From NCBI GenBank assembly GCA_965178125.1, contig OZ237737.1, positions 1 to 64,000 on the forward strand: a DNA stretch of 64,000 nt, read 5' to 3'. Source of the stretch: Bilabrum cf. latius (Eukaryota). The notes under the pieces were generated by a model. That model ran no database searches and had not been told where the DNA came from. It worked only from the letters and a program-made list of their open reading frames with translations. The position numbers and the translations under genes were made by a program. Below, piece after piece: positions 9,361 to 24,300 of this stretch. Numbering within the stretch: the stretch's first letter is position 1; every line of letters starts with the position of its first letter.

Positions 9361-10839
9361 TCAAAGTGCGGCCTCATATATACCAACGATATCCTCCGTG
9401 GACAACCGGATGGGGTTGTTCCCAAGCCTAACGGGGTCGACCGCTTGTGCCAGTGACTCAATGTCGGCCCTGTCTACCCCTGCCTCTGACAGCGTGGCCG
9501 GCAGCTTGAACTAGCGAAGCCAGGCACGCATGGCCTTCGGGGCTTCCTCAGGACTGACAGTCCCCCCCTGTTCCGCTAGCCACGAACACGACTCTCGCAC
9601 AGCAGCCAACACCTGTTCCGCCCCTGCAGGGTGGTTGCAAGCATCCGAGTTGACTCTACCCGCGATGATATCCGTGGCAATGGCAGCATTGGCCCGGGCA
9701 ACATGGCCGAGAGTGAGGCACACCGCAAGCCCATGTGGTACTCCATACCTCTGCGTGAGCTGGTAGGACAGCGCATGCCCCGCCGTGGTCTTGCACTCGG
9801 AGATGGCACGGCCTGCCATGTAGGATGCTCGACTCACTGCGTGTACCGCCCCGCCTGATGCTGATTCCATGTCTTGCTACGCCCCCGTCCAGTCCTCTTC
9901 GACTGCATCCTGCCAGCTGAACCGGCGGGCGCCGTCCGTCGCGACTTTGCTCAACGCAGAGATCCGGCGAAGCAGCTCTGCATCGGGGCTCTGCCGCAGC
10001 GCTGCGAGGCGAGTATTGCTGCAGGAATGTAGCTTCTCGGCCACTGCAACTGCTTCAGGCAGCTGCGCGATAATGACCTGCCCGCCCTGCCTGGCCGCCT
10101 CGATGCCCACCGCAGTTGCCCCGCTTGCCCACCGCGCCTCCATGCAGTGGGCAAGCGCGTCCAAGCCAGTCACGGCGGCAATGCTGGGTGGCATGCTCTA
10201 CTTGAGAGATGCGTCCAGTATGACGCGCGCTGGCAAGAGGCCAGGATGATCCACTGATCGTTTCTTCCCGTTGTCATAGATGGCTGCAAATTGTGTGGCC
10301 TCGCTACCCGTGCCACTCGTAGTAGGGCATGCAATCAAGGGGAGTGGATTCACATCTGGTGCTGGTTTACCGCGGGCTACCTGGTAGGCCTCCGTCTAAT
10401 CAGGACACGCAGCTACAAGGGCCGCCACTTTGGCAACGTCCAATGCGGATCCACCTCCAATAGCAATAACAACATCTGTGTCGGTTGCGCGGCATAGTCT
10501 TGCTGCGACTTCAGCTTCCTCGCACTTTGGATTGGGGGAAAAGTCCGTGAATATAGAAATTCGTCCAGATTTCCCGGCTGCAACTGCAGCCGAAACCCAA
10601 GGTGCGAAAACTGCACCGGATCCTTGCGTTGCACCTTTGTCGACGACCAATAATACTGATGATCCCAACCCGATACTTTGGTTTATTCCAAACTACAAGT
10701 CGGTGTAAGTTGCACTAAAATTTGATTCAGCGCCTTCTACTTGAATAACCTTGCTGGCGTGCGTTCTAGTCTTGGACGCTCTGCTAGTCGACATCCATGG
10801 TGGTAGGCGCCTGAGGATCGATCTACAGCTAGATCGCAT
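9361..10839 (-). CDS. Iron-containing (group III) alcohol dehydrogenase, phosphonoacetaldehyde-reductase-like, ~492 aa
   Basis: One frame with TAGs at 10693, 10396, 10198, 9877 and 9511. Motifs [64 protein letters not shown] stop. R/S-rich N-terminus resembles a mitochondrial presequence. Confidence 0.88.
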
Positions 10840-11167
10840 GGTATTCTTTGAGATTTGGACCTGCAACGTTCGATATGTATTCGCAGTCTGACAAAATATG
10901 CTCTCAAAATTGAGTAGGAAAACTGCAGTGCACTATGGTACGCAGAGCGGTGGCTTGTGCCGATACTGCACCAAAGAAACCATTCAGTCGACAAAGATTG
11001 TTGTAAGAAATCAATTTCGTCGACTACCTATCCGAGCTGCTGTTGCACCAGGAAGGAACTGCTGGTTGAAGACAATTTGCTGAGACTTGGGTGCCAACGT
11101 TGCACCCTGCTTTCTCGCTGCAATTGTTATCTTGTTATTATTTTGTTCACTTCCTGCCTGCAGTAGC

Positions 11168-11521
11168 ATGATTGACAGGGTAGCAGGAGTTGGAATGATT
11201 GCCGTAGCTTTGGTCGTGTTTGTCTACTACACGGCCTGGGTGTTTGTGACAGTAAGTCTGCTCGATCTGACTGCCATGCTCGCGAAAAGTGGCAGCATGA
11301 TACTTACTGGCGAATTTAGTACTGCCCTAAACTCACTTTTGCAGCCATTCTTGTCCAAAGATCACGATTTGCTCGGGTATTTCCCTCCGAGATTCCTCGC
11401 TTCTGCCATCCCTGCTGTCACACTAGTCGTCTTGCTGACGTTTACAATTGGATACTATGGCTACGTTAAGAGTTAGTAGGCAGCCAAGAAGAGGGAGAAG
11501 GAGTCGAAGAAGCTGAAGTAA
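11168..11521 (+). CDS. DPM2: Dolichol-phosphate mannose synthase regulatory subunit (2 exons, intron 11252-11344)
   Basis: DRVAGVGMIAVALVVFVYYTAWVFVT|PFLSKDH...YFPPRFLASAIP matches the DPM2 pattern. Reading TAG TAG at 11474-11479 gives a C-terminal KKLK dilysine motif before TAA. Confidence 0.85.
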
Positions 11522-11597
11522 TTGGCACGCGCAGCCGTGATTGAATAATTGACGAGCATACTTTGTATATCTGGCGCATAGTTGAATGCAAACGAGC

Positions 11598-14639
<3,042 letters not shown>

Positions 14640-14891
14640 TTGTTGCCAACAACCGACCTTCTCCAGGTATATAGGGCAGATTTGACCCCGAGTGGATTTC
14701 GCAACGGAACTCATCACTAAATCGCACGCAACCGGAGCGTCACGCATTCACGTCGACTTTTCACGTCGAATTTTCCGACGGTCAAGCGGGCGGCTACAAC
14801 AAGAGGATGAGTGGACGCAAACTACAGGAGTAATGCTGGTTGATCTACGATTCGGGCTGTGCAACATCGCAAGAATCGCGCTCGGGCACGA

Positions 14892-16667
14892 TCACGCCAC
14901 CAGCAAGGCCGGCTGCTCGCAGTACGCCCGGAATGCCTGCAGGAACCGTCCCGCCGTTGCCTCGTCCACCACGCGCCTATCTGCCGAGAGCTGCACGCTC
15001 ATCTTAGTTGCAACCTCTGGCTCAGGCCAGCGTCCCTGTCTGTCCTCACCCGGCACCCCGCCCGCCTCTGCGTCCGCGATTGCATCCAGGTCGTCAAGTG
15101 ACACGGCTGACCCGGGGGCGCCCCCAGAAGCCCGATCTGTGGCAGCCGCGGATCCGGTCCTCAGCACCGCCTCCCTTGCGATGTCGTCCACCTCTTGCTG
15201 CGCCTCGGCTGCCCCCAGCTCGGGGTACACGAGCTGCTGCTCGCCCTGCCCCACAGCGAGGATGGCCGCCTGGGGAGGGTTGATCACCGCCGTGAACGTG
15301 GAGATGCCGAACATGCCAAGGTTGCTCACGCTGAACGTGCCGCCCTAGTACTCCTCCGGGAGCAGCTTCCCCTTGCGTGCCCGCGTGGCCAGGTCCTTCA
15401 CCTGCCCCCCGATGGAGCCCAGGCCCAGCCCGTCGGCGCCCTTGATGATGGGGGTGATCAGCCCCCCGTCGGTGGCCACTGCCACGGAGACATCCACGGT
15501 CTCGTTCTCTCTGACCTATTGGCTCTTAGGGTCGAAGGAGCAGTTCACTTCGGGCACCGCCCTCAGCGCCATGGCCGCCGCCTTGATCACGAAGTCGTTC
15601 ACAGAGGCTGCCACACCGGCCGCCTTGAGCTGCTTGCGCATGGCCAGCATGGCGTCGATGGAGCACTCCATCACCGTGTAGAAGTGGGGCGTCTCCCCCT
15701 TGCTCTCCGTCAGCCGCGATGCGATCACCTTCCTCATCGTGGAGGGAGCAGAGTCCTTGAAGGAGCCCCCCTCCCGCCCCAATGCGGGGGCAAGGTCAAG
15801 CGCGCTTCCAGCTGTGCTAGGCTCCACCCACAGGGGTGAGCCTGATGATGCCTGGTGACTGCCTGCACGCGACGCTGATTCCCCCGCCAGGGCAGGAGTG
15901 GGCGCTTGAGACTGCCCCTCGGAAGCCGGCTGCTCCTGCTGGCTGCCAGAGGGTGCCACAAGTCCCATCCTTGCAAGCGCCTCGGCGGCATCCTGGTGGC
16001 CCAGCATAGCAAGCACATCACCCTTTGTAAGCATTCCGCGCTTGCCGCTGCCGCGGGCACTGCTAACGTCCAGCCCATGCGATCGGATCAGGGCAGAGGC
16101 TGCAGGAGAAGCCGTTGCAGACCCAAACACTGCCCCGCCACTGCCTCCAGTGGCAGCGCTGTGAGTATCCTAAGGTGATGGAGGCGATTCAGTACTTCCT
16201 GGTGAACTATCATTGGAATTCTGGTCTGATGGAGAGCCAGTTGAAGCAGACGACATGGCATCAGAGTAGTCCATCGCCATGGCTGCTTCCAAATCCTCCT
16301 CATCCTCTACCGCAACTGCGATCGGTTGCCCCACCTTGACACCATCGCTTCCAGCTGGAACAAGAATTTTAGCCAGGTATCCTTCGTCCTGCATTTCAAA
16401 ATCAACACCGGCCTTATCAGTATTCACGACGCAAAGCACGGACCCGGCATCAAATCTCTCGCCTTCCTTCAAGTTCCACTCTCCAATGCTTCCCTCCTCC
16501 ATGGTTGGACTCAGTGCAGGGAGCGTAATCGGAGTGCCGTTTCCCCATGAGCCCCTCAAGGCGGTCGAAACGGCAATCTATCTCGAATGTCTCCACGCAG
16601 ACATCACTCCCAAGCACTAGCGTGATCGTCTCAATACCTAACGCGACGCAAGCCTGCCACCTAGCAT
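14892..16667 (-). CDS. PDHX: Pyruvate dehydrogenase E2-family protein lacking the catalytic His (E3-binding protein/protein X-like), ~591 aa
   Basis: Lipoyl domain ([15 protein letters not shown]), subunit-binding domain ([14 protein letters not shown]), EEY[TAG][14 protein letters not shown]-terminal SADRRVVDE replaces DHRVVDG. TGA stop. Confidence 0.8.
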
Positions 16668-16894
16668 GACTATGTAATACTTATATGAATATTATGCCAA
16701 CCGCGCTAACGCCGCAACGAATATGGCTAAGATCTAGCTGCGCCAATGACGCATCTCGCTTAAAATCGGATTTATGGAATTCAAGCACGTTACTAACCTT
16801 CCCAACCCGAAATCTAAATTTGGTACTCCCTACCAGATCTGCGGCGAGTCCGTGTGTATCCTTCGCTAGATTATTTAAGCAATTTTCTTGCTCA

Positions 16895-17906
16895 TGGATG
16901 CAGATGACTTGCTTGGCGACCTGTTCGACGCCTCGCCAGAACCACAGAAGTCTGCTACTCAGCCCGAAGTACTCGGAGGGGGGCTGGATGAAGCGACCAC
17001 ACAGCGAATGATTGAGCAATTTGCTGCTGTATCAGCCCCAACACAGCAGCAAGCAAGGGAACTGAAGCTTTTGCAACTCAGGCTTGCTGTATTTCGGTCA
17101 AAGTGATCTGCTGAGCTTGGCACTGGGAAGTTCGCACGCGCTTTCGCTCAATACTGGAAAGCCTTGGACCAGCGCTTTTGTTTTCATCAGCCTGAGCTAA
17201 GATTTAGAAGTGTTCAAACTAAATTGCTTGCAGCGCTTGCAGTCAGCACCAGATGTTTGGACGGATCAACGGATGATACTCTAGCTTGATACAAATGCTG
17301 AGACACCGGCATAAGGGAGCTTTGGCTCAAGGTGCATGCCGGTGACTACTAGGACGGACAACTTGCGACTTGGGAGACAGATTGATGGATTACGCCGTGC
17401 AGCCAGCCTGCCCTGAGCAGGAGAAGGTACCGATACAGTCGGCACTGGCCCCAGATTGGCAGCCGATTCCGTTGCAGGAGCGTGTCCCGCTGCAGTTGAA
17501 CTCTATCGCCCCGTCCCCATTGGCCTCTTTGCATGCCTAGTAGCCGGCGCAATCGACCGACATCAGGCCTTTGGCAGCCAGATTTCCGCAGCTTCCCATC
17601 GCCAGGCACGAAACAGAGACCGAGTCTTTCGATGCAACCATGCTCTACACACTCATCTGAGTGCAGGTATTGCGGAGCATCGAGCAGTCTACGCTTCCGC
17701 TCGACTTGGCCATGAACGTCACATTGAACTTCTCCACTGGAGCCGAGCCGGGGGCTTCGAACCTGCGTTCAACGAGTTGCGGTCATCGATTGCGGCACGA
17801 GCCATGTAGCAATCTGGGGAAAATCATGCTTGAAACATCATGGGAAGAGAAACTTCGTGGGATCGAGTCTGATCTCACGAGCACTAGCAGCCTGCTTCGC
17901 ACGTGA
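16895..17906 (+). CDS. Hypothetical multi-exon protein (structure unresolved)
   Basis: Protein-like N-terminal piece MDADDLLGDLFD... and C-terminal piece ...WEEKLRGIESDL..., in different frames; introns not resolved. Confidence 0.3.
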
Positions 17907-18165
17907 AGGCCTTGTTGGACCTAAGGGGCACTGTTTTGCTGCAGCTAATGCGGGCCGTAGCATGCTTGACTACGCAAAGAAGAAGAAAAACACTAATTGC
18001 CAGTTTCATCATAGAAAACATTCGAACACTGCTAGACTACCCAGGGAATTTCATAACTAGATCCATCGCCGCAAACCAGATTTCTTGGTGAATTGTAAGG
18101 TGTTAAACAAGCAGAGCACAGTTGAGCAACCCTTCCCGACGCACTAAAGGCAGGAGGAAGAAGCT

Positions 18166-21047
18166 ATGAGCGACTATTATAACTTCAAAACGATCCCACC
18201 GGTCCCCAATGCCAAAGAATTCGTTGACATTGTGCTGCTACGCACGCAGCGGAGGACACCAACCGTGATTCACCCCCAGTTTCACATCAAGAGAATTCGT
18301 GAATTCTACATGCGCAAGGTGCGCTTTACGCAGCAGACCTTTCATGAGAAGATTACCCAGATCTTAGATCGGTTTCCCAGGCTGGATGTGAGCTAAATAG
18401 TCGCTGAGTTGGTGCAGTTGCCGTTCCGGCTGGAAGAACTGCGGGTTCATTGCCGCGCTGATCTACAATCTACTTAATTTTGCCCGTTCTACTCTTGCAG
18501 GACATTCATCCATTCTATCAAGACCTGATGAATGTGTTGTATGACCGAAATCATTACAAGATTGCGCTTGGGCGTCTCCGGACCACCAGGACAACGATCG
18601 ACTCGATCTGCAAGGATCACGAGCGCCTCCTAAAATTTGGTGACGAGCCGTTTCGGTGCAAGTGCCTGAAACGAGCTGCACTTGGACGCATGTGCACGGC
18701 AATGAGGCGACTAGGACCCAGCTTGGAGTATCTCGAAGAGGTCCGCAGGCACCTTTCGAGACTGCCTGCGATCAACCCTGCCACGCGTACTCTTCTGGTC
18801 ACTGGGTACCCGAACGTAGGCAAGAGCAGCTTCGTCAACAACATCACTCGTGCAGATGTCGAGGTGCAGCCGTTCGCCTTCACCACCAAGAGTTTGTTTG
18901 TGGGCCACACCGACTACAAGTTCCACCGGTGGCAGGTGCTGGACACCCCTGGTATTTTGGATAGGCCGCTGGACAAGAGGAACACGATCGAAATGCAGGC
19001 AATCACAGCCCTGGCCCATCTGCACGCGGCTGTCCTGTACTTCTTGGACATATCCGAGTCGTGCGGGTACTCGATCGAGGCCCAGTGCAAGCTCTTCGAG
19101 TCCATCACGCCCCTCTTCCAGGGCAAGCCCGTGCACGTTATCTGCACCAAGACCGACCTGCAGCCGTGGAATAAGCTCGAGAAGGGAGAGCAGCAGAGAG
19201 TGAGTTGGTTTTGAAGTGTTCCTTGCCCCCTGTGCTGACTGCCCCGCGCCCCGCCCCGCCTTGTCCCCCGGCCGCTTTACCAACCTCCCTCTTGCACCGA
19301 CTCGAGGGCGGCTAAATCTGAGGCCCACATGAATGCTTGTGCATGGATCCCCCTGGAGTAGCCTATGCTCTCCTTGGGCCCCTGCTCCGTGCCATAGTTC
19401 GGCCTGGCTTGTCCCCAGGGGCTCGCCAGGGGGGCTCTTCGCCTGGGAGTGTACCTTCGGGTCAATGCCCGGGCGCGGGGTCTTTCTTGAGCTGGGCGAC
19501 ACTTAGAGCTTTTGACTGCTTCCCGCTGTCACTGTGCCTCTGTCTTGGTTGCGGTTTGTTCTCCACTGCCACCGCAGATCGAGCAGATGGCCGCCAAGGC
19601 GGGTTGCCCCCTGCTGTTCATGTCCAACGCCAGCAAGGAGGGGGTCATGAAGGTCAGGAACCAGGCTTGCGAGCGCCTCATGAGGGCCCGTATTGCGCAG
19701 AGCATGAAAGGCAACCGCGTGGCGTCCATCATCGGGCGGCTGACCGTGGCTGTACCCAAGGCAAGGGACGGCAAGGCCAGGCCCGCGGCCATCCCGGACA
19801 GCGTCAGGGAGGAGCGGCGCAAGCGGAGGGCAGGGGCTGCCTCCGGACCAAGCTCAGCTGCTGTGGAGAAGGCCGAGGGCGAGGACACGTCGGCGGCCAT
19901 CGCGGCTGCGGCGGAGGCGGTGGCGGATGCGGCGGACGGTGACGGTCCCGTGGTGCTGGGCGACTTCGTGTCTGGCCTGGCCGAGGACGATGCCACCGAG
20001 GCTCTGCTGGCTGGCGGGCTGTACCCCATGGGCAAGGGCGCCGGGCTGCACGTGGAAGGCGCGCTGGTGGCCACTGGCAAGGGCGGCAAGCTGCTGGAGC
20101 GTGACATCGAGAGGGCAGCTGGCGGGGCCGGCATGCACCAGATCGACGGTGCCAAGCAATATTCCCTTTCGGACGACCAGTGGAAGAGGGATATCATGCC
20201 TCAGATCCTGGACGGCAAGAACGTGGCCGACTTCGTGGAGCCCCACGTGGCGGAGCACATGGCCCGCATGGAGAAGGAGGAGGACGAGGTGCTCCGGGCT
20301 GAGGAGGCAGCGGCTGCCTCGCTCAAGGCCTCGACTGGGGGCGAGACAGGCAGCTCTGCGGCAGCATCGTCGTCCTCTTCTTCTGGACAGGTGGCCATGG
20401 GCGGGAGTGGCGCCGACGGTTCTGCCGCCCCCTCGCTTGGTGCCGTGCTGGGTGCCCCCGAGCTGGACAGCTTGGATCGGGAGCAGGAGCACGCACTGGC
20501 GCAGGAGCTCAGGAAGCGCAAGAAGGTGTACCGCCTAAAGCGCACGGTGGAGAAGCGCAACACCCGCTCCATCCTTCCCAGGGATTTGCGGCCCGCGGAG
20601 CCCGATGGGGCCGCCCGCCAGCTGGAGCGCATGGGCATGGAGCCGGCCGCAGCCCAGGCCAAGGCAGAGCAGATGGCTGGGGCGGGCCGCCGGGGTCGCA
20701 AGAGAGGCAGAGAGCCCTCGGCTGCAGGCCGCGCGGGTTCGGGAGCCGGCCAGGTGGCCATGGGGGAGGGCGAGGGCAGCGAGCAGCCAGACGCCAAGCG
20801 GCGCAAGAGGTCCAAGAGTAGGGTGAGGCTGGACCCAGCCAACGTGGAGGTGGACTACTCGAGCAAGCTGGACAGAGGTCTGAAGGACTCGAGGCAGAAG
20901 GTCTCCGCCATCAGGCACCTGCGGAGGGCCCGTCGCCAGATGCAGATGAACGCCAAGAAGGGCGAGGGAGACCGCGTCATTCTCAACGAGATGCCAAAGC
21001 ACCTGTTCTCGGGCAAGAGGGGCATTGGCAAGACCGACTGGAGGTAA
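18166..21047 (+). CDS. NOG1: Nucleolar GTP-binding protein 1; exons 18166-18387, 18501-19199, 19578-21047
   Basis: [35 protein letters not shown]-terminal [17 protein letters not shown] immediately followed by TAA. GT-AG introns. Confidence 0.96.
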
Positions 21048-21354
21048 TTGCCCCTATCGGTACAAGGTGGTTTGTGTTTCGCATAATTTCTTGTGGCGAC
21101 CTGCTTGCAGCACAGCGAACATCACTACGTGCCACAGTGCGATCCAGTGCGAAAACCGGAAGACCACCCCACCGGACACATCGGAAACTACAATCGATAA
21201 AAACTTCCTCCAGAGTACACAGTTAAACACTTGATCAGGATCTGCCAAAAGAACTGTACACGAAGGCCAGTCTTGGGGTATTGCTTATCTTGCTGGGGCA
21301 TTTATAGGCACTTGCAGGGGCAGAATCGCAAGTTTTGTTTCGGCAGGATCAAAC

Positions 21355-24300
21355 ATGCAGAGGGCTTCAACTTTCGTGCGAAGGCCCACAGATACCATTA
21401 TGATGTAGCTAGGCAAGCTATCAAACTTTGGTATCCAACAAAATTCGGCCATGGTCGATATTTTTCAAGAAATTTTGCGCCGTGTCCGTCGAATCGAGAA
21501 ATCCCTTGGTCCTATGCTTATTCCAGAAACAGAGGAAGAGGAAGACTCAGCTGCTGTTAGTGATGGTGAAATCCTAGGATCACACGGGTCTAGCGGGGCT
21601 GAAGTGCCCGGAGCCGTCACGGCCAAGGCTGCAGGATCAGAGTCGCCAGGACACGCAAAATCCGATGGCAGTAGCATTGCGAACTCATTGACTGGAAACA
21701 TTAATGGCGATCAGTCATCTGCGCCCCACACTAGAGACGCCCCAGTCACGCCTTCTCACGCGATCCCTGTGTAGGGGCCAACTACTAGCGGAAGGCCTAA
21801 ACTCGAGGCCGATGGTGGCAGCGCAACATCCAAGTCGGCGAGTGCGGTCCCACGCAGTGCGGAGTTATCAGAATATGATTCTGCTCAAGACTCTCCTGCA
21901 GAGCCGAATGAAGCAAGCCCCAGCCATCGCATGGGCAAGGACGAGCGGCATAGCCAGGGCAGTCCCAGTCCCAGTGCCCCCGGTGATGGCAGCGTGGATA
22001 GCGCGGGAGGAGGTGCACCTTCTGGCGACCCATCCGTAGCTAGGAGGGAACTACTACTTAGCGTGGAGGTTGTGGATGACTCGAGTGTCATGCATGGTGG
22101 TGAGGGAGAGGGCGAGCTGGATGGGCCCGCCCCGAGCGAGTTCGGCGAGCTGGATGGCCTCATCCGGCAGATCCAGCAGGGGGGCACTGCTGCCGAGGGG
22201 GTGCCTGCTAGTGCTTCGGGAGGCGCGGGGGTTAGCTAGAGCAAGAAGAAGACGACTGCGACCAGCGAGGGGGGTGGAGGGAGTGAAGGTGCTGGTGGTG
22301 GCATGGCACCACAGCAGCGCAAGGCAGGACAGGCCAGCTCTGTCGCACCGACAGAATCCGAAAGCAGTGAAGTACGCCCCTCGACTGCACCAGCGGCTAG
22401 CTTTAGCAACGCGGTCAGTCGCATGCCAGCAAACGCGGGGTTTGGGTCCAGTGCGCGCATGCTGGTGCGTCAGGTGTCGTTGAAGAGGACCATGTCGAAG
22501 ATTCTGACCAAGGCACGCGCTCGCCTAGATGGAGAGGCCATCATCACTCGGGTGCAAGCCGTTGAGGAGCAGCTGGAGGAATCCCGCAAGAGAGAGGAGG
22601 ATCTCAGGCGGCAAATCTTGGCAGTGCGAGACTCTGCCTACCAGCAGAGCAGTGCGTTGAGCCAGGGGCTAGGCCCTGCCATCATCCAGCTGCAGAAGTA
22701 GATGAAGAAGCTACAGGATGGTCGTAGCAACCAATCTGGGTCTAATAAGACAGAAGAAGGTAGCTTGGTCGCTGCGGCTGGCAGACACGGCTTCGGAGAC
22801 GCTGACACGCGGCTCATGCTAACAACAATCGAGGAACACGTGCGCGAGGGTATCCCTGCGGCAGTGGACCCTTTGAAGCAGAAGCTCGCAAATCTTGAGT
22901 CAGACCTCAGGCCATCCGTGGAGGAGGCGCTGGGAACGACGCGATCGATGCGGCAAAGCGTGGAAAGAGCGCAGGAAGCTTCGACAGCAGCGTCAAAGGA
23001 ACTCGTGGACCTCCGATAGCAGCTGCAGGGTGCACTACCGCAACTAGAAGAGGTCATGGAGCAAACGGCCGCTGCAGCACGCCGCGAGAAGCAGCAACGA
23101 GGAGACTTGGACGCGTTGCTTGCTTGGCAGCGCAGACAAGGGGCTGGCGGGGCTGGCACCGAGCTCAATATTTCGGTTGGCAAGCCGCAGGAGACGGACT
23201 GCGTGGCAATCTATGGCATCTCGCCCGAAGCGCTCTTCGGTGAGGTTCCTGGCGAGACCAAGCCGTTCGGAGATCGGGGAACGGGATAGGACCAAGGCGC
23301 GCCGAGTAACAAACCGATGGGTCAATCCACCAGGATGGACGGCCCAACCAGAGTGGGTGCAGACTTTCTGGCATCATGGCTGCACGTTGCAGCTGGTCAC
23401 ACGATGCTGCCAGATGGGGTATTTGCTAAAGACCATTCTGGTGGTGGCACGGTGGAGAGCAAGAAAGATGGAGGAATTGGCCAGGTAGCTGGCGCCACGA
23501 GTGGCCCGGCTGACGCCATGCCCGCGAGAGGTCGATTCGACAGCTACCTCACTAGGGCCCTAGATGGCGCAAAACTGACGCTACGAGCCCTATGTTCTGG
23601 AGGTAAAGAGGCTCTTGCAGTTTGGCCAGTGAACCCGGCCGAGGAACTAGCTGATTTGGATCAAGTCCGAGCTCTGGTCAAGTCTAGAGCGGACGGAAGC
23701 GCCAATGACATCGCTCCCATGCCGCTTGACATGTACTAGACGTGGACTGGCGAAGAGCTCAAATAGGCCGCGGTCATGCACCAGTTTGACCGGGCAGTTG
23801 GCGCTGCGCAGGAAGTCATCGCTAGTCTGGAGAGATTTGCTGAGGACGGTGATTCCGACAAAGTGGCAAAGATTTTGCCGAAGCTTACCGCAGCTGTGCG
23901 CGAGGTACGGATGGTGTGCACTCTAGACTGGCCGCTGGCCCTCTTGTCCAGAGAGGATCGCCTTGGGCGGGCTGTGAATCCGCCTGCCTTCGCGCGACGA
24001 CTGTCTGCCATCCGACACGAGTTACGCGAGAGTGGCTCGACTGCCGACGACACAGTCGCGCTCCGCCCGTCCGTGGCATCGCTGCAGGATTTGTGCGATG
24101 CCGCTTTTATTGCAGCAGAACGAGCGTGCTGGTGCGTGGGTCTCAGTTCGTTCTCCCGCTCCCTGGCACGCGGCGCAGCATCCCAGCAGGCTGCGATGGA
24201 GGACCGCATGGACCAGGTTGGAGATGCGCTGCAGCGAAGCAACGCAGCGATAGCAGAAGACATGGATAGGCTCAGGCATTCGGGGCAGAACACGCATGAC

